DNA from: Octopus bimaculoides
Lineage: Eukaryota
Direction of reading: 5' to 3'
Assembly: GCF_001194135.2 (NCBI RefSeq)
Contig: NC_068982.1
Coordinates: forward strand, 150,909,894-150,962,829
DNA: 52,936 bases
The notes under the pieces were generated by a model. That model was not told where the DNA came from. It saw only the letters and a program-made list of their open reading frames with translations, and did no database searches. The number at the start of each line of letters is the position of its first letter. The stretch's first letter is position 1. Positions 37,952 to 51,745 of the stretch are shown here, one piece after another. The position numbers were made by a program, and so were the translations under genes.

Positions 37952-37983
37952 CCTCATATTTCTTGACCGTTTCTGTAAGTGAT
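37952..37983 (-). CDS. CCDC171: CCDC171-like, 32-bp microexon (phase 2->1)
   Basis: tatcatttcag|...GAGG|gtaagt; encodes (I)SLTETVKKYE(G); supplies exactly the phase change needed between the flanking exons. Confidence 0.85.
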
Positions 37984-38201
37984 CTGAAATGATAATAAAA
38001 ATAATACTATGTTTTTTTTACTTCCTTTTTGTTCTTGGGTAATAAATGTTATTCATTCATTTATTTATTTATTGCATTGTCTACATTTATTGAAAATGGC
38101 TATTATTCTCTTCAAATTTTGTGTCTGGAACTTTCCTGTAATAAACAGTTCTGTTTAGTTCTAGCTATCTAAGTGGATAGGCCCATTTGCATTTATCAGA
38201 G

Positions 38202-38391
38202 ATAGCATCAACAGGTTATAAATATCTGGTAGATGTATTTTGGTATGTGTGCAGCCAATTTATCAAGACAGAAGTGTAAAAGTACTGTGGCAGCATCCAC
38301 TGAAATGTGTGAGGTGTATAATGTATATTTTGACATGGCTTCTTGGGACCAAAACAAGTTTTGGGTACCTCATTCCCCCTGTAATCACTGG
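38202..38391 (+). mobile_element. Chapaev3-type (CMC superfamily) transposase N-terminal fragment
   Basis: ASTGYKYLVDVFWYVCSQFIKT...ASTEMCEVYNVYFDMASWDQNKFWVPHSPCNH matches the FCYVCGQFIK...AYFGM..GDQDK.WAPH..C..C motif. Confidence 0.75.
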
Positions 38392-39203
38392 GGAGTGTCT
38401 TCTAAGAGTTACAACTTTTACTTACTTGAAGAATGGAATTTTATGTTGCGAAACTATTTATAACTTTTTAGAATTAAAATTTAAATTGTTTATAAAAACT
38501 TTCAGTAGTATAGAATAAACATATCAGATATAAAATATTGTATGGGGGCAACTTACACATTAGTCATAAGCAAACCGAGTTCAAATTTTCCTCTGTGTGT
38601 GTGTGTGTGTGAGANNNNNNNNNNNNNNNNNNNNNNNNNNNNNNNNNNNNNNNNNNNNNNNNNNNNNNNNNNNNNNNNNNNNNNNNNNNNNNNNNNNNNN
38701 NNNNNNNNNNNNNNNNNNNNNNNNNNNNNNNNNNNNNNNNNNNNNNNNNNNNNNNNNNNNNNNNNNNNNNNNNNNNNNNNNNNNNNNNNNNNNNNNNNNN
38801 NNNNNNNNNNNNNNNNNNNNNNNNNNNNNNNNNNNNNNNNNNNNNNNNNNNNNNNNNNNNNNNNNNNNNNNNNNNNNNNNNNNNNNNNNNNNNNNNNNNN
38901 NNNNNNNNNNNNNNNNNNNNNNNNNNNNNNNNNNNNNNNNNNNNNNNNNNNNNNNNNNNNNNNNNGGAGAGAGAGGGAGGGAGAGAGAGAGAGAGCAACC
39001 AATCAGAATAAGAAGACATTGTTAATACATATTTCAGAAGTGCAGCTAAGGAGAGAAACCCATACAATCTCCACCAAAAGGAAAAATACAATCTCAATGG
39101 CTTGGTTGGATATCTTGGCATCACAAAGACCAGTGCTTTTCCAACATTTAATATATCCTCCCTACCTCATTCTTATGTATGAAGAAAAGATTCAAAAACT
39201 TAC

Positions 39204-39292
39204 ATTTGTTGTTTCTCAAACATTATCTTCTCTTGTTGATACTCCAATTCTAGTGTGCTCTTCTGAGAATTCAGCTGGGACAACTCTTGCTC
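39204..39292 (-). CDS. CCDC171: CCDC171-like coiled-coil protein, exon (most 5' exon confidently found; phase 0->2)
   Basis: Acceptor tatttccatag|, donor CAAAT|gtaagt; encodes EQELSQLNSQKSTLELEYQQEKIMFEKQQ+AT; phase matches the exon at 37952-37983. Confidence 0.85.
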
Positions 39293-39627
39293 CTATGGAA
39301 ATATATTAAAAAAATGGTAATTGTCAATTAAAAATAAAGTTACAGGATGAAAGAATTATGGGGTGGTGGGATTTCACAGGAGAAAATTATATAAAGACTT
39401 TTGTAGACAATGGGCTTGTAGAAAGAATGACTAAATCGGTCAGATTTTAATGTTAATCCTATTGGACATCAGAATTCAATAAATCATTTCGCTGGGAGTT
39501 TAGATGTAGAGATTGATGCTTTGGCCCACCTTTGCCCTTTGTTTGAGAGGGAAGAAAGGAGAAAGAAAAAAATTGTTTGTCATTTGGACTGGTGGGAAAT
39601 AAATTTAAGCAACAATTTGAGGTAATG

Positions 39628-39667
<40 letters not shown>

Positions 39668-40263
39668 TGCATCCATATCCTGTCGTTTTTATAATGTTTA
39701 ATATCACTGCAGTAAAAAGTCACCTAACATCTTATTCATTCAGTCATTTCAGTAGAAATGGAAGTAAAGAATATAGTTATATAGGAGTGGCACTTAAACA
39801 CTTTAAAGGAGGGCAATAGGAGAGTATCTAAGGAGAGAAGACAGAAGATGAAGATTAGCATTCATGAGCTTTGCAGGTTGTTCTAGCAACAACACCTGTA
39901 GGTCACTATTTTGAGGAAGAGCAGCATGGTTAAAGTTGCAGTTCTGAGGAGTAAGACTGGGCAAGTGTTTAAAGGTGAGTCTTCAAGGAGATATAGTGAA
40001 GGGGAAGAGTACGACAAGTGGGTCTGGTTGGAGAGAGAGGGTATATAGCCAACTATTTCAGAGAAGCAGAGATAATTTTTCTCATTTTTAAAATATTTTT
40101 CTGGCTTTGTGAGGAGGGAAAGCAGCATCCATAACCCATTCCATGGTCTACACAACTGGTGGCAGAAGGAAGAAAATTATCTGTAGATCTGTGACCTGGT
40201 TTAAACGTTTGCAACAGAATGAACTCCACTAAAGACACCTAAGAGTCAGATAATGTGTCAAAC

Positions 40264-40568
40264 CAGTGGTTCCCAAAGTGGGAAATAATGCACCGCCCTG
40301 GGAGTGGTGGAAAGATCAGGGGGGGGGGGCATTGAAGAAAAATGGGGTGATAATGGGGTGACCAAAATGGGGCAATGGATGTAAAAGAAAACAAAACGAA
40401 GAGTTAATTAGGTTAAGGTTTATTTGTGAAATACTGTTGTTTTAAATTTGCTGCAGAAAATGGTCCATGNNNNNNNNNNNNNNNNNNNNNNNNGGGGTGG
40501 GGGCACTAGGAATGTGGCCTGAGAACCGGGGGGGGGAGGGGCAGCCTGAAAAAGTTTGCGAACCGCTG
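40264..40568 (+). mobile_element. hAT-family MITE, copy 1
   Basis: TIR CAGTGGTTCCCAAA / TTTGCGAACCGCTG; 8-bp TSD-like TGTCAAAC / GGTTAAAC; contains a 24-N gap. Confidence 0.82.
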
Positions 40569-41417
40569 GGTTAAACCAAGAGATTGATAAAAGTATACAA
40601 CTCAATAACAAGGATGGTTTTTAAGATGAGCTTTCACACAGTTTCTATCTTCCAAATTTCACTCACATGGCTATGGGTGGAAATACTTGTCCAAGGTGCC
40701 ACTGTGTGGTACCTTGGGTAATAGTTGCAAAGTGAATTTGTTAATCACACAGCTGTATTAAAAGAATACTACTTGCTGGAATAGCAGTACAATTCTGCTA
40801 TACTACTGTAGTAGAAGTATAGTAGTATATACTGCTGACACAACAAAGTGTAACACTGGTTTTTATTTAATCAACTCTGGAATAAAGAAACATGAGAAGA
40901 TTTTAGCACAACTGAGATGCATGGTAAAATTCATGAACTTGGACATATTAGTCTGTGAGGTGGGGTAACTAGTGATACTTTTTTCTCTTAGACAACAGTA
41001 AGTCCTAAAACACCAGCTGTTTCTCTTCCCCACAGAATACACACTTATTTAAAGTCATGAATTTCACCTAAACAATGTCTGCCTATATAGAATACCACTA
41101 CCAGTTTCCTCAAACTCTGTTTTTGCTTTCTTACTGGAATTTATCAAAGTTAAAGTACCAAACAATACATCAACCTGTTTACTAACTGTACCAATTCAGT
41201 TGAAAAAAAATAAATAAATAAAAAGAATTCACTCTCATCAAAGCTAATATTGTTCTTAGTTACCTCCTCTGCAATTTCTATCAAGACTCATCTAGTTTGC
41301 AATCAAAATGGATAGCAAACTGGATAAAACTTACTCTGACTTCCACACTGTACAACCTTAATGGCATTGACAAGGTATGAACCTATATTTTACAGCTGTC
41401 ATTGTATTAGGCCTCAC

Positions 41418-41450
41418 AAATCTCTGGTGTTCTTTCAAAGTGATCACCAT
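41418..41450 (-). CDS. Tentative upstream CCDC171-like exon (MVITLKEHQRF, phase 0->0)
   Basis: tatgttatag|ATG...TTT|gtgagg; in frame with the 39292 exon; short, with only moderate splice sites. Confidence 0.3.
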
Positions 41451-42539
41451 CTATAACATAACTGAGACTGTACTACACTCTTGGTTTCTTCTTTATGGCC
41501 AGAAAATACCTCAGCCTTAAATAGTTGTTGACCATATGCAAGGTACAGGTGTAACCCACATTATAGTACTGTCTATGTATATCTGAGATAAGAAGGCAAT
41601 CACACACACACACACACAGACATTTTGATAAAATCAGTCTGATAAAAATCTAATAAAAATCTGTCTGCTCTAACCACTGACATATTGATGCAATGTGTCA
41701 GTCTTCTCTCACTCTTATCACCACTACAGTAGCTTTTACTCTTCTGCTAACTATCTACCAACTCGGCCCAACCTGATTTGTTCCACCTGCCATTTCACCT
41801 CATTACTCTTGTGTGTCCAAACCATCAGAATCTGCACTACTCACACTCACCTCTCCCTGCCTGTGGAAACCTAATATCGTGTCTGTGATTTTTCCTTCAA
41901 ACACAGGCTATTTGATAATCAAACTGAACTTCATCGATCTGAGAAGGTCAGTAAGTTTTCAAACATTTCCCCTTCTTCTTCTTACTAAATTCACTAACAA
42001 CTATTACTGATAGCATTTCAGCCACCACAACCATCATCAGCATCAACCTTTCTTTCATCATAAACAACAAATGAATTTATAAAAGCCTTCAAAATTAGAA
42101 ATCACTGGCTTCATCTGTGAAATATTGCTATCAATGACAACCTTAACTTCTCTCAGATGCTAACCATTAAATTTTGATAAAGTAGTCCTTTCAGATAATT
42201 TAGGTATTCCATCAATATCACATTTATCAATGAAATTATCTTGAACACTCAACCCCTACCATAATGATTAATGAATGTTTCCCATGAGCAACTACAAAAT
42301 ACATCACATGATATTTTCATGATTGAGTTGTCAGAAAAGGTAGTATTCAACAAGAAAATTAATGTTATGTAGTTTAATGCAACATGTTTCTCCATTTAAA
42401 TCTTGCTTGTTTCAATCTCACTACATTCACTTCCAAAATCTGAAAGGAGTTGGAGACAGACATTAACTAATAACAATCTTCTCTAACAATTTGAATCTTT
42501 AATGACTTTTGTTAAACCAGATCTCCTGACAACCTACTC

Positions 42540-43000
42540 TCCAATGCCATTCACCAGTAGGTCATTGCCCATGAAAAATTATTTGTTGAAAACAAAGCAA
42601 AGACTGCACCTCAAAGACTGGTCTTTTTCTTGAAGGCCAGAAAATACTTGAAGTTCCATCAAAAAAAGAATCCTCTACAAAATTCAAATGGTGAACTGAT
42701 CCTACATCATGGATGCTGCTGCAGCTACACACCAGACATCTTAGACTACATCTCCCAAGGTCACTCAATTGATCTGCTTAAAGCTGCTTCCCAACACACT
42801 CCAACCTCTGGTCTATAGATATGCTCTCCTTTCTCTCTCTCATTGTCTCTGTCTCTCAGCCTTTTCTAATGCTATAGCAGTGGAATCTATTCTTCAGTGT
42901 AGCCTGTTCATGTATCACACCCACTCAGACATTCTCAACTAACTTGTCTCATACCTTCTCTCATCCCTTTATATTGTGCCTCCCCTCATAGCACTGCACT
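42540..43000 (+). mobile_element. Decayed L2/CR1-group LINE 3' end
   Basis: LSLF*CYSSGIYSS resembles the LSLFYRYY.G.CS motif. Confidence 0.4.
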
Positions 43001-44879
43001 AACCAATCCACCCAGCTCCAAATTCCAGTCATCTGGAATCCTGGCCCTATCCATGAACCTACTGCAGCCATCAACTTGCACCTATTGCTCCAAATTGGAT
43101 GGTCTGCAAAGGCCATGGACATAACTTTCTCCATACCAAACCAATTAAAAAACATCAGGAGAGAGGATGATACCTACTATCTCTCTTAGTACCTAACTCA
43201 TAAAACTGGTTATAGAACATAGGTAAATGCATAGTGAGTGGACCTGTCTACTATCTCTGTTAGTACTAATAGAACTGGTTATAAAATAATGATAGATGTC
43301 TGGTAAGTGAAGATATCAACTGTTTCAGTTAGCATCTAACTAATGCAATTAGTTATAGAGCACAGGATGATATTGGGGGAAAGTTAAAAGTTGTAGCAAC
43401 AGTAATGTCAATATTTGTACATATCAACACATAGAGATATTATAGTCGCTACCATATTATTACAGTTATAATAACCAGGTACTCTAAATATATAATGGGA
43501 TTACAAGCTACAAATGAATTGTTAACTTCATTTTTAAGAGGTAATTTACGTTTTGATTTCTTTTAATTACATACAAAGTACAATGAATTTGACTGAATTG
43601 ATAGTATAGTTTTGGTATTTAGATTAGCCATAGTGAAAGGCAAAGTGAATCCTTGCAAATTTTGGACAAAAACAAGTACAAGAGAATGTAGAAAATAACA
43701 TTCTTCTTATAAACACATTTGATATTCAGTAAAAATAAAACTAAGACAAATCAATGGATATTACAGAAATAATAATTGAAAATATTTGGTAAGAAAAATG
43801 GCTAGACAAGTGCTGAATCTGGAATACTTTTACAAGAAGTTATTTCATCTTTACAATTTTTGTTATTCAAAACATTATTAGGTTTTATATGATATGAGAG
43901 CGATAAATCTAAAAATGTAGATATTTGATTATAAAACGACAATCTAATGTTCTATTTATCACTAATGATAGCAGTAAGGCTCACTGAAGCAACTAGTGGA
44001 TAAATGCAAACAATACAGCAAGACTAGAACTCCAGACTAGCAGTTAGGTAGTGTGACACCTCAACTATTCAGCTATAAATATATCTATTACCATTATTAA
44101 AATAATTAATAGTTTGTCAGAACTTAGATCTTTATATTATATTATCTGAAGTGATAAATATGGTATTTATATTATCTAGGAGAAATAGGTAACCAGCTGT
44201 ATTATTAATTTCTTTGCTTGCAAGTCCATCAGTGTATGAATCGACTTGTGGTACATTTCTCAATATAGCATAAGAACTCTCATAGTTTTACACTATTAAG
44301 GTTTCTTAATAATAAATGCTCTGCTAAGGTAAACAGAATTTCCTACATGTACAACTCTCAAATATTTCTAAACTTCCTTATGATAATTTAAAAAAAAAAT
44401 TTTTTTAATCTATTGCCATTACTTAGTAAGTGGAGCTAAACATTTCTATTTGGATAAGATACAATTCTATTAACGATTTTGCTAATCAATCATATGCACT
44501 CACTTTTGAAAGCTAACAAAACCACTCATTTGAACAGTCTGTCTTGCACTGCACAATGAAGAGCTCTGTCATTCAGTGATAGTTATTTATAGCCAAATAG
44601 ATTAAGCTATTATAAATGAAGTGTCTTTGTCAGAGATACAGGGCAATATCATTAAGTTAGCACAGCAGTCAATAACTAATCATGTAAATTGTCATCTTAG
44701 CTTGTTTTATACCCATTTATTTAAATATAGATTCTCTTTTGAATGTAACAGCCAGAGTAAAACTTTTCAAAGATTTGCTTACCAAATAGTCACTCCGTTT
44801 TGTCGTTCATTTATCTAACAAATGATATCAAAATAATAACATTCCTTAAATTAGCTTGACAATTGCCACAAATCTCTAC

Positions 44880-45090
44880 CTTTCCATAACACTTCAATAT
44901 GGTAAATCGTATATCTGCCATTTCAGACGAGTTAATGTCCTTGAATTGACACCAGATACATTGCATAGTAATAAGCCGACGGAAGTTACTTCCCTTGCTA
45001 TTTCACCGCTACTCAGATAGTTGACTGCAAGACTGCTTTTCATAGCCTTAGAACATATATTATACATCATTAATAAATGACGAAACTGAA
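44880..45090 (-). promoter_or_regulatory. Candidate promoter / first exon (CpG-enriched, ETS motif)
   Basis: Local cluster of CpGs in a CpG-poor window; CGGAAGT within the near-palindrome GGAAGTTACTTCC (about 44990); minus-strand ATG 44921 in good context, donor AAG|gtagag at 44880. Confidence 0.35.
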
Positions 45091-45962
45091 GTATGAGACA
45101 TATCTATTATTATATTTTTAAAAATTGAATAGAAATCTTTATTAATGAACAATCTTTACAATCATAACTATTATTACAGATAATCGTATTATCATCATCA
45201 TCATCACCACTACTACTACTACTACTACTACAGCAGCAGCAGTAGTCATTACACAATAGAAAATCAGAAAAATCATGTTTCATTTGGAGTCAACAGGAAT
45301 AGTCTTCTACTATTCCAATCCTAACATGTACATATCTAAGCAGCAGGTTTCACAGTCAGAATTTAATAACAACTCTTGCTTAAGTAATTTAAAAACTTAG
45401 CAATTGGAGAGCTGTATTTTCTTTCACTATTTTCCATATGGTGGGGTATACTAGCTGAGAATATACCTTGAAGTTTGTTGCTTAACCCAGGGATAAAGGG
45501 CAAAAACATTTCATGCAAAGGTGTTATTACTGGTTCATTTATCCTATCTCCTCCTCATAATCATCATCATTTAACATCTTCTTTTCCATGCTTGCAAGAG
45601 TCAAATGGAATTTGTCAAGGCAGATTCTCAATGGTTGGATGTCCTTCCTCTCACCAACCCATACCTATTTCTAGGCATGATAATACTCCTCCATAGCCAC
45701 ACATGTTCTTTGTGGAAAACTGGAAATGAACAATTTTGTTTGAGTGACAGCAATACTTGTTTACAACCATCATATGACATCAAGACAAAAGTGCCTACAA
45801 ACAGTCATTCCTTGTTTCCTTGCGTTATTCAAACATTGCATTTTGAAAATTTTGTAATAGAGAAGCTGATGGAAGTATAGGTCTTCTGTTGGAATTCAAT
45901 GTCATAACAAAATTTTCAGAAAGAATGCTTCCACAATGCAGGGATGGTGCCCATGTGCATGT

Positions 45963-45996
<34 letters not shown>

Positions 45997-47329
45997 TATT
46001 ATATATCATTATCATTTAATGTCTGTGTTCCATGCTGGCATGGGCCAGATGGTTCAACAGAATCTGATGTACCATAGGACTAATGTTTCCTATGGCATGA
46101 TTTCCCTTTCCTAACATCAGCCACTTTACAGAGTGAACTGGGTGCATTTTCATGGCACTGGCGAGGTCATAAAGTAACTTGCATGACATGGTCCACCAAC
46201 TGAGTGGGGGTGCATTATTGAGGGAGGTGGTTTTATGCCAGGTGTAAAGAGGCTAATGTAGTAAAGAGGGACAAGAACAGGTGCTTTGCTGTAGAGGAGA
46301 TACAAGGCTACCCCAGCCCAAAAAGGAGAAAAGATGAGGTGTCAGGATTTACCCTCAAGGAACAAAAAAGTGGATAAAGAGAGAACAGGGATGGAGAATC
46401 AAAGGATTGTTGGTTTCATGAGAATGACAGAGTTAGTAATGATGATAGAGGTGGATGCAGTGAGTGGTGAAGATGGGTGGTGGCATACTTAATGGCAAAT
46501 CTCGATTTGGGAGGAGGAGATAGAGGAAAATAGAAGTGGAGTAGTGAGGGAGAGGTGGTAAGTATCAATACTTAAAGTGGGGGAGGTGAACAGTAATAAA
46601 ACGCTTAGTTTTAGAATGGTGGCAGCTGATGAAGGAAATGTTTTCTATGTGGCCTGTGTGTTTTCTGTACTCTGTTTATCATTTTGTCTACGTTTTGTTT
46701 GCAACGTCCTGTACCCAGATATGCATCTATATATACAGGTAGATGTAGGTATGTACATACATGTACGTATATATGCATATACTCATTTATTATTTGTATC
46801 ACATGATCGAACGCACGCGTCATCCCTGCTAATAAAATCATTGTTGGATAAAAAATTGGGAGGTGATGTCAAGTGTATGATGTGTGTGGGGTAAAGGGAT
46901 GTACAGTGTATAGTGACAGAGATCAGAGGCATATGGGAGTGGATATGGTGAGTGATAAACAAAGGCAGGGAGCATGTTGATGGCTGATATGAGAAAATGT
47001 TTAGAAGAAAGAAGTGTTCAGAGAAAAAGGTGCTAATTGGAAAATATGGTAGTGAAGGATGCTGTTCAGAATATGGGATAGGTCACAAAGGAAGAGATTC
47101 CAAGAAGAGGGATATCTGAGAGCACAAAGGTGGTGAGTGAAATATGTGCTCATGAATTTACAGAAGCAGAGGAAATAATGCTGTAGTTAGAAGGGTGAAA
47201 AAGGGAAGGGTGATGAGTGTTACAAAGATGAATTGTGAGGAAGGCTCAACAGAAACAGATTGGCTGCATGGACATAGACACAAACCTCATTTTTTTCTGA
47301 GATAAATGGGTATTTTCAAGCATAGTGAA

Positions 47330-48190
47330 TCACCTATAACCTTAGTCATATGTAATCTCTGTGAAGCTCAGCAATCTTAAGTTGGTCCTCACTACTTTGT
47401 CCTACGTCTTCTTAGGTCTCCCTCTTCTACAAGTTCTATCTACATTTAACTATTGGTACTTCTTTATGTAGCTGTCCTCAACCTTATGCATCACATGATA
47501 ATGGTAACATAGTTTTCTCTCTAGCACATTACATCTCATTCCTCTTACATCCAATTTTTCTCTTAACACATTTTCCCTTTTCACATCTTTGCAAGTCCTC
47601 TGCATTCAAGGTCCATATTTCATTACTATGTATCATGTTTGCATTCAAGCATCATATAAGCTGTCTTTCACTCTGAGAACAAGGGATTTTGCTACCAAAA
47701 GAGGTAATTGCACAATGAACTTTCTCTAGGTTTTGCTTTCACACCTACAATTTCTTTTCTAATTCTACTAGAAATTCATCTATAAGAACAAGATTGTCAG
47801 CATAATGGAACTCCCATGGGTAATCAGTTTTAAACTCTTCTGTTACAGCCTGGAAGACTATGATAAATTAGAGGAGACTTGTGAACTTCTACTTGCGCAC
47901 TAAATCTATTGCTGTACTCTTTGCTAAATCTCACCTTACTGACAGCATCCCTGTATATGGCTTGAATGACTTTCACTGGCCATTCATCTATTCTTAGCTA
48001 GCCAATGACAACCAGATCATGAAGGAAGGGACCCTGTTGAAGACTTTTACCAGGATGAGGAAAGCCAAGTATAGTGGTTTACTTTTGGTCAAATATTTTT
48101 CCTGAAATTGTCTTACAAGACAGAGGGTATTGGTATTACCACTCAACTGAATCACCAACTCCCAGATAATCAAACATTCAAGGCCAAGTA
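47330..48190 (-). mobile_element. Decayed RTE LINE RT
   Basis: LVRQFQEKYLTKSKPLYLAF...FNRVP; GRPKKT*DKVVRTNL. Confidence 0.75.
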
Positions 48191-48919
48191 AGTAAATCAT
48201 CATCATCGTCATTTAACATCTGTTGTCCATGCTGGCATGTGAACTAAAAGAAATAACTAGCTAGGTGTGATATACTGTATGTCTACTATTAAGATAGTGA
48301 TGGCAGGGCAAAGAAGTGGGGATGAAAGGGGTGGAAAAATAGAGAAGGAAGTCTGTAAATCTTTAAGAGATTAATGAAAATCTTACTTTTTTTGAAAAAA
48401 ATGCTTAGAACAACACAGCACTTAAATATTTATACATTCTAAAAGAAAAAAAATAACTATATTTTTATCCACAAATGAGTTATGAATAATAAATATGGAG
48501 CAGTGATAGACATTGTGTAATTATATTATATCTTTCAAGAAAAAAGCAATCAGCACAACTTAACTTTATTGATATTCATATCAATTCATGATATTCATAT
48601 GTCCTGAGAGTGAATAGACATAGTTGAGAAAGAAGGCTATAATACTGACCAATGAAAAGATACAGAGAAGTCAGTGAAGTACAGAAGGAAGTCTGTAATC
48701 TCCAAGAGAAATCTTTCATACACAAGGCTGATCTTCAGCTGTTGCAATTAATTTTTTTAAATGATCTTCATGCTTTTAGGTGAGCTGCTCAGTGGATTGT
48801 CAGGTGAACTTCACAATATGAGTTCAAAATCAATAACATATCTGATAAAATTATCAATCATTTCTTGGTAGACTAAAGTATGATTCAGATTAGTTTCATA
48901 GACCTCTTTACAAATAAAT

Positions 48920-49510
48920 TATATATCGTGCAAAAGTCCTTTCTTCAATTCATGACATGAATGTACAACAAAACTGGAGAAATCAAGGGATTGGTGGTCT
49001 AATAGTTCATAGGGATTGGTGGTCTAATAGTTCATAGAGATACTAAAGAACTTGTCAGCTCTTGCAGCATGTGTGCTAAATAAGATTTAAAAACATTCCT
49101 TGTAATAATAAGTGACCTGTATCACACCTTTAGATGAGATTACATATAGATTGTGAATATGTACAAAATACTGGGAATGTGTTAATTATAGTTGATTCAA
49201 TCACTACTTGAAGCTGTTTTATATTCTAGTACAAACTTGGAGTGGTATTAGACAAAGAAAATAAGTTATAGCTCATTTAATTAAAAGGATGGTTAAACTA
49301 ACTTTGTTACAAGCATTGTAAGTCTAACCTGTTGTTCAAAGTCTAATAGGGCAGCAGAAAGAGATGTGGAAACAATAAAGTCTGCATTACACGGTTACAG
49401 TCTAGCAGTTGGAGAAAGGGCTCCTTTCAATGAGTGTAGTGCATTTGATGCATGCAAATTATCTTTAGCAGAGAACTTACTCGGTAGAAAATTAAGAACA
49501 GTAGTAAACC
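48920..49510 (+). mobile_element. Decayed Ty3/Gypsy integrase, with a 25-bp tandem duplication at 48986-49035
   Basis: RDTKELVSSCSMC (zinc-finger end), RAAERDVETIK, ENLLGRKLRT. Confidence 0.55.
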
Positions 49511-51745
49511 CTTTTTCAAAGGTTTGACAGTATAATGAAATTTACTTCTTACTAAGTCGAACAGTTTAATGAAACTTGTGCAGATGCATGCTATCTAATT
49601 CATGCTGGCAGAAACACAGTCTGGATTAAATCTGAATGTGAAAAACCTTAGTTAGCATCAATTTAACAAATGGTTTCTAAATAACTTTCTCCAAACACAT
49701 CTGCTTATCAAGATAATGTTATCTGTGGACCAACATCACCAACTTTTCTATCTCCTGTGGAGCTGTCACTTGATCATGTGATCTTTTCAGTAATGTTCCT
49801 AAAAGGTCAACATCATCAATTTCTCCATTTTAATACTGGGAATATTCAATCTCCATTACCTCCCACAGTGCCAAAGCTACTAAATCATGCTAATCCTCAC
49901 AACAACTTAATCAGTGGTACAATACTACCACACAGGAGATATAAAATCACAAAAGGAATTCAAAAGTCACAAAAGCTACAATGACAAAGACAATTTATCT
50001 TTTGTGGCTGTAGTAATGTTATATTTACAGTATCCTATTATTAATAGGGAAATGTATCAAGTCAACATCTTTATGTTGTATCAGTTTACTTAATCTATGG
50101 CATTGTTATATTAATGTTGCTGTGATGTTTTCAGGCTTGCACAGAGTAAGGGCTACTTAAAGTGACTTTTAATCCAATGTCAAAGAAATGTTTCATGGTA
50201 TACAGTGTGGATAATATTGGAAAACTCTAAAATTTGATCATAATAACTATTGGAAGTTTTGAACTTACTGTTGTGAAAATATGTATCCATCATAAACATA
50301 ACACCACTACTCTGGTAAGACTTGATTGAACAGACTTATGATCAAAACTGTTCTAGCCATGATCTTTCTGTCATTTTCCCCCCATTAAAATAAATATCTA
50401 GGACAATATTGTCTAATGTGTCATTTCTCATTCTAAGATGGTAGGGTGTGATATAAAGGAGATTTAGTTGCTATTTCTAGCAGATTAAATGATCATGTAG
50501 TGGCTTGTTGTGACTTCTTTTTTTTTTTTTTAGTATTGGATCTACAGGTACAAGATTCTGGCAATTACTGTAACTAATTTATCTATCTAAAGACAAGTTG
50601 ATTATTATTATTTTTAGTCCTTGAATAAGAGGAATACTAGTATCTGGCCTCTTGTTTTGCTTTTTTTACTTTCACATTTACAAAACAAAAATAGAAAATT
50701 AATATGAGAGAGAGAGAGAGAGAGAGAAAAACTGAAGTAATAAAGACTCTTTGGTTGTAGAGGAGTTGGGTAGGCAATGCATGGAGTTATAATCTCTGTG
50801 TTTGTGTATATGTGTGTATGCATGTGCGCACCTTCTATGTAACTATGTGAATGTGTGTATTTCTGTTTGAATGTGTATACATATCATCTCATAGCTAGTT
50901 TCTATTAGAGAATTGGTTGAACAGACCTTCAACAATTGGTCCATTCAACCAATTGTTTCTTGAGTTAACCCTGACAACCTTAATTAAAACCTAATCTATT
51001 CTCTCTATATTTCCTTTCCCCACTTTGTTCTCTCTATCTTCAAATTTACTGTTTATTTCTTATTATTATCTTACAGCATTTCCTATCAATTTAAAATCAA
51101 TTTTAATCATCTAACTGAGCCACTTCCAATTTCTTTCTTTTAATCTTCAAATGCCTGTTTCCAAACAGGTTTCTTATCCTATAAATATTTCTTACATGAC
51201 ACTTCACTGCTTTAATAAATCACATTGCATAAAACCTGTATTTTTATATATAGATGGAATATTTTTTCTCTCAACACATTAACATTGTTAAAATCTTTCT
51301 ACTTACAAACTTTACTAATTCAATTAATATTCACATCATTGATTAAATAATGTTAGAAGTTAGAATTAAGTTGAATGCACCTAACTTCTCTTTCATCTGG
51401 CTGAGTTCAAATCCCAGTGCAGTAAAGTCTATCTTTAAATAATTCCATAGTTTATGAAATAACAACCACAAGGAATCTTTTATATAGTGACATAACCTCC
51501 AAGAAATAGTAGTCAAATTGCTCTCAGGTCTCATTCTAACATCTTATAAAAGTAAAAACACATTGAATAATGCATTCCTAGATACATTGAATAAAAAATG
51601 GTAAAACCATAAATAGAACATCTCTGATAATAGGTCTGTTTGATCAAGGCTGCTCTAGGGGCCATACAACATCAACAAAAATAAGAACTAGGAATGTGTT
51701 AAGGTTGAGTCAATTGACTCTATTGTTTGTTCTCATCTACCACAA

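Noticed and set aside
46621-46680. CTGATGA suggesting another hammerhead
   Set aside because: No GAAA or stem III follows a pairable stem II.
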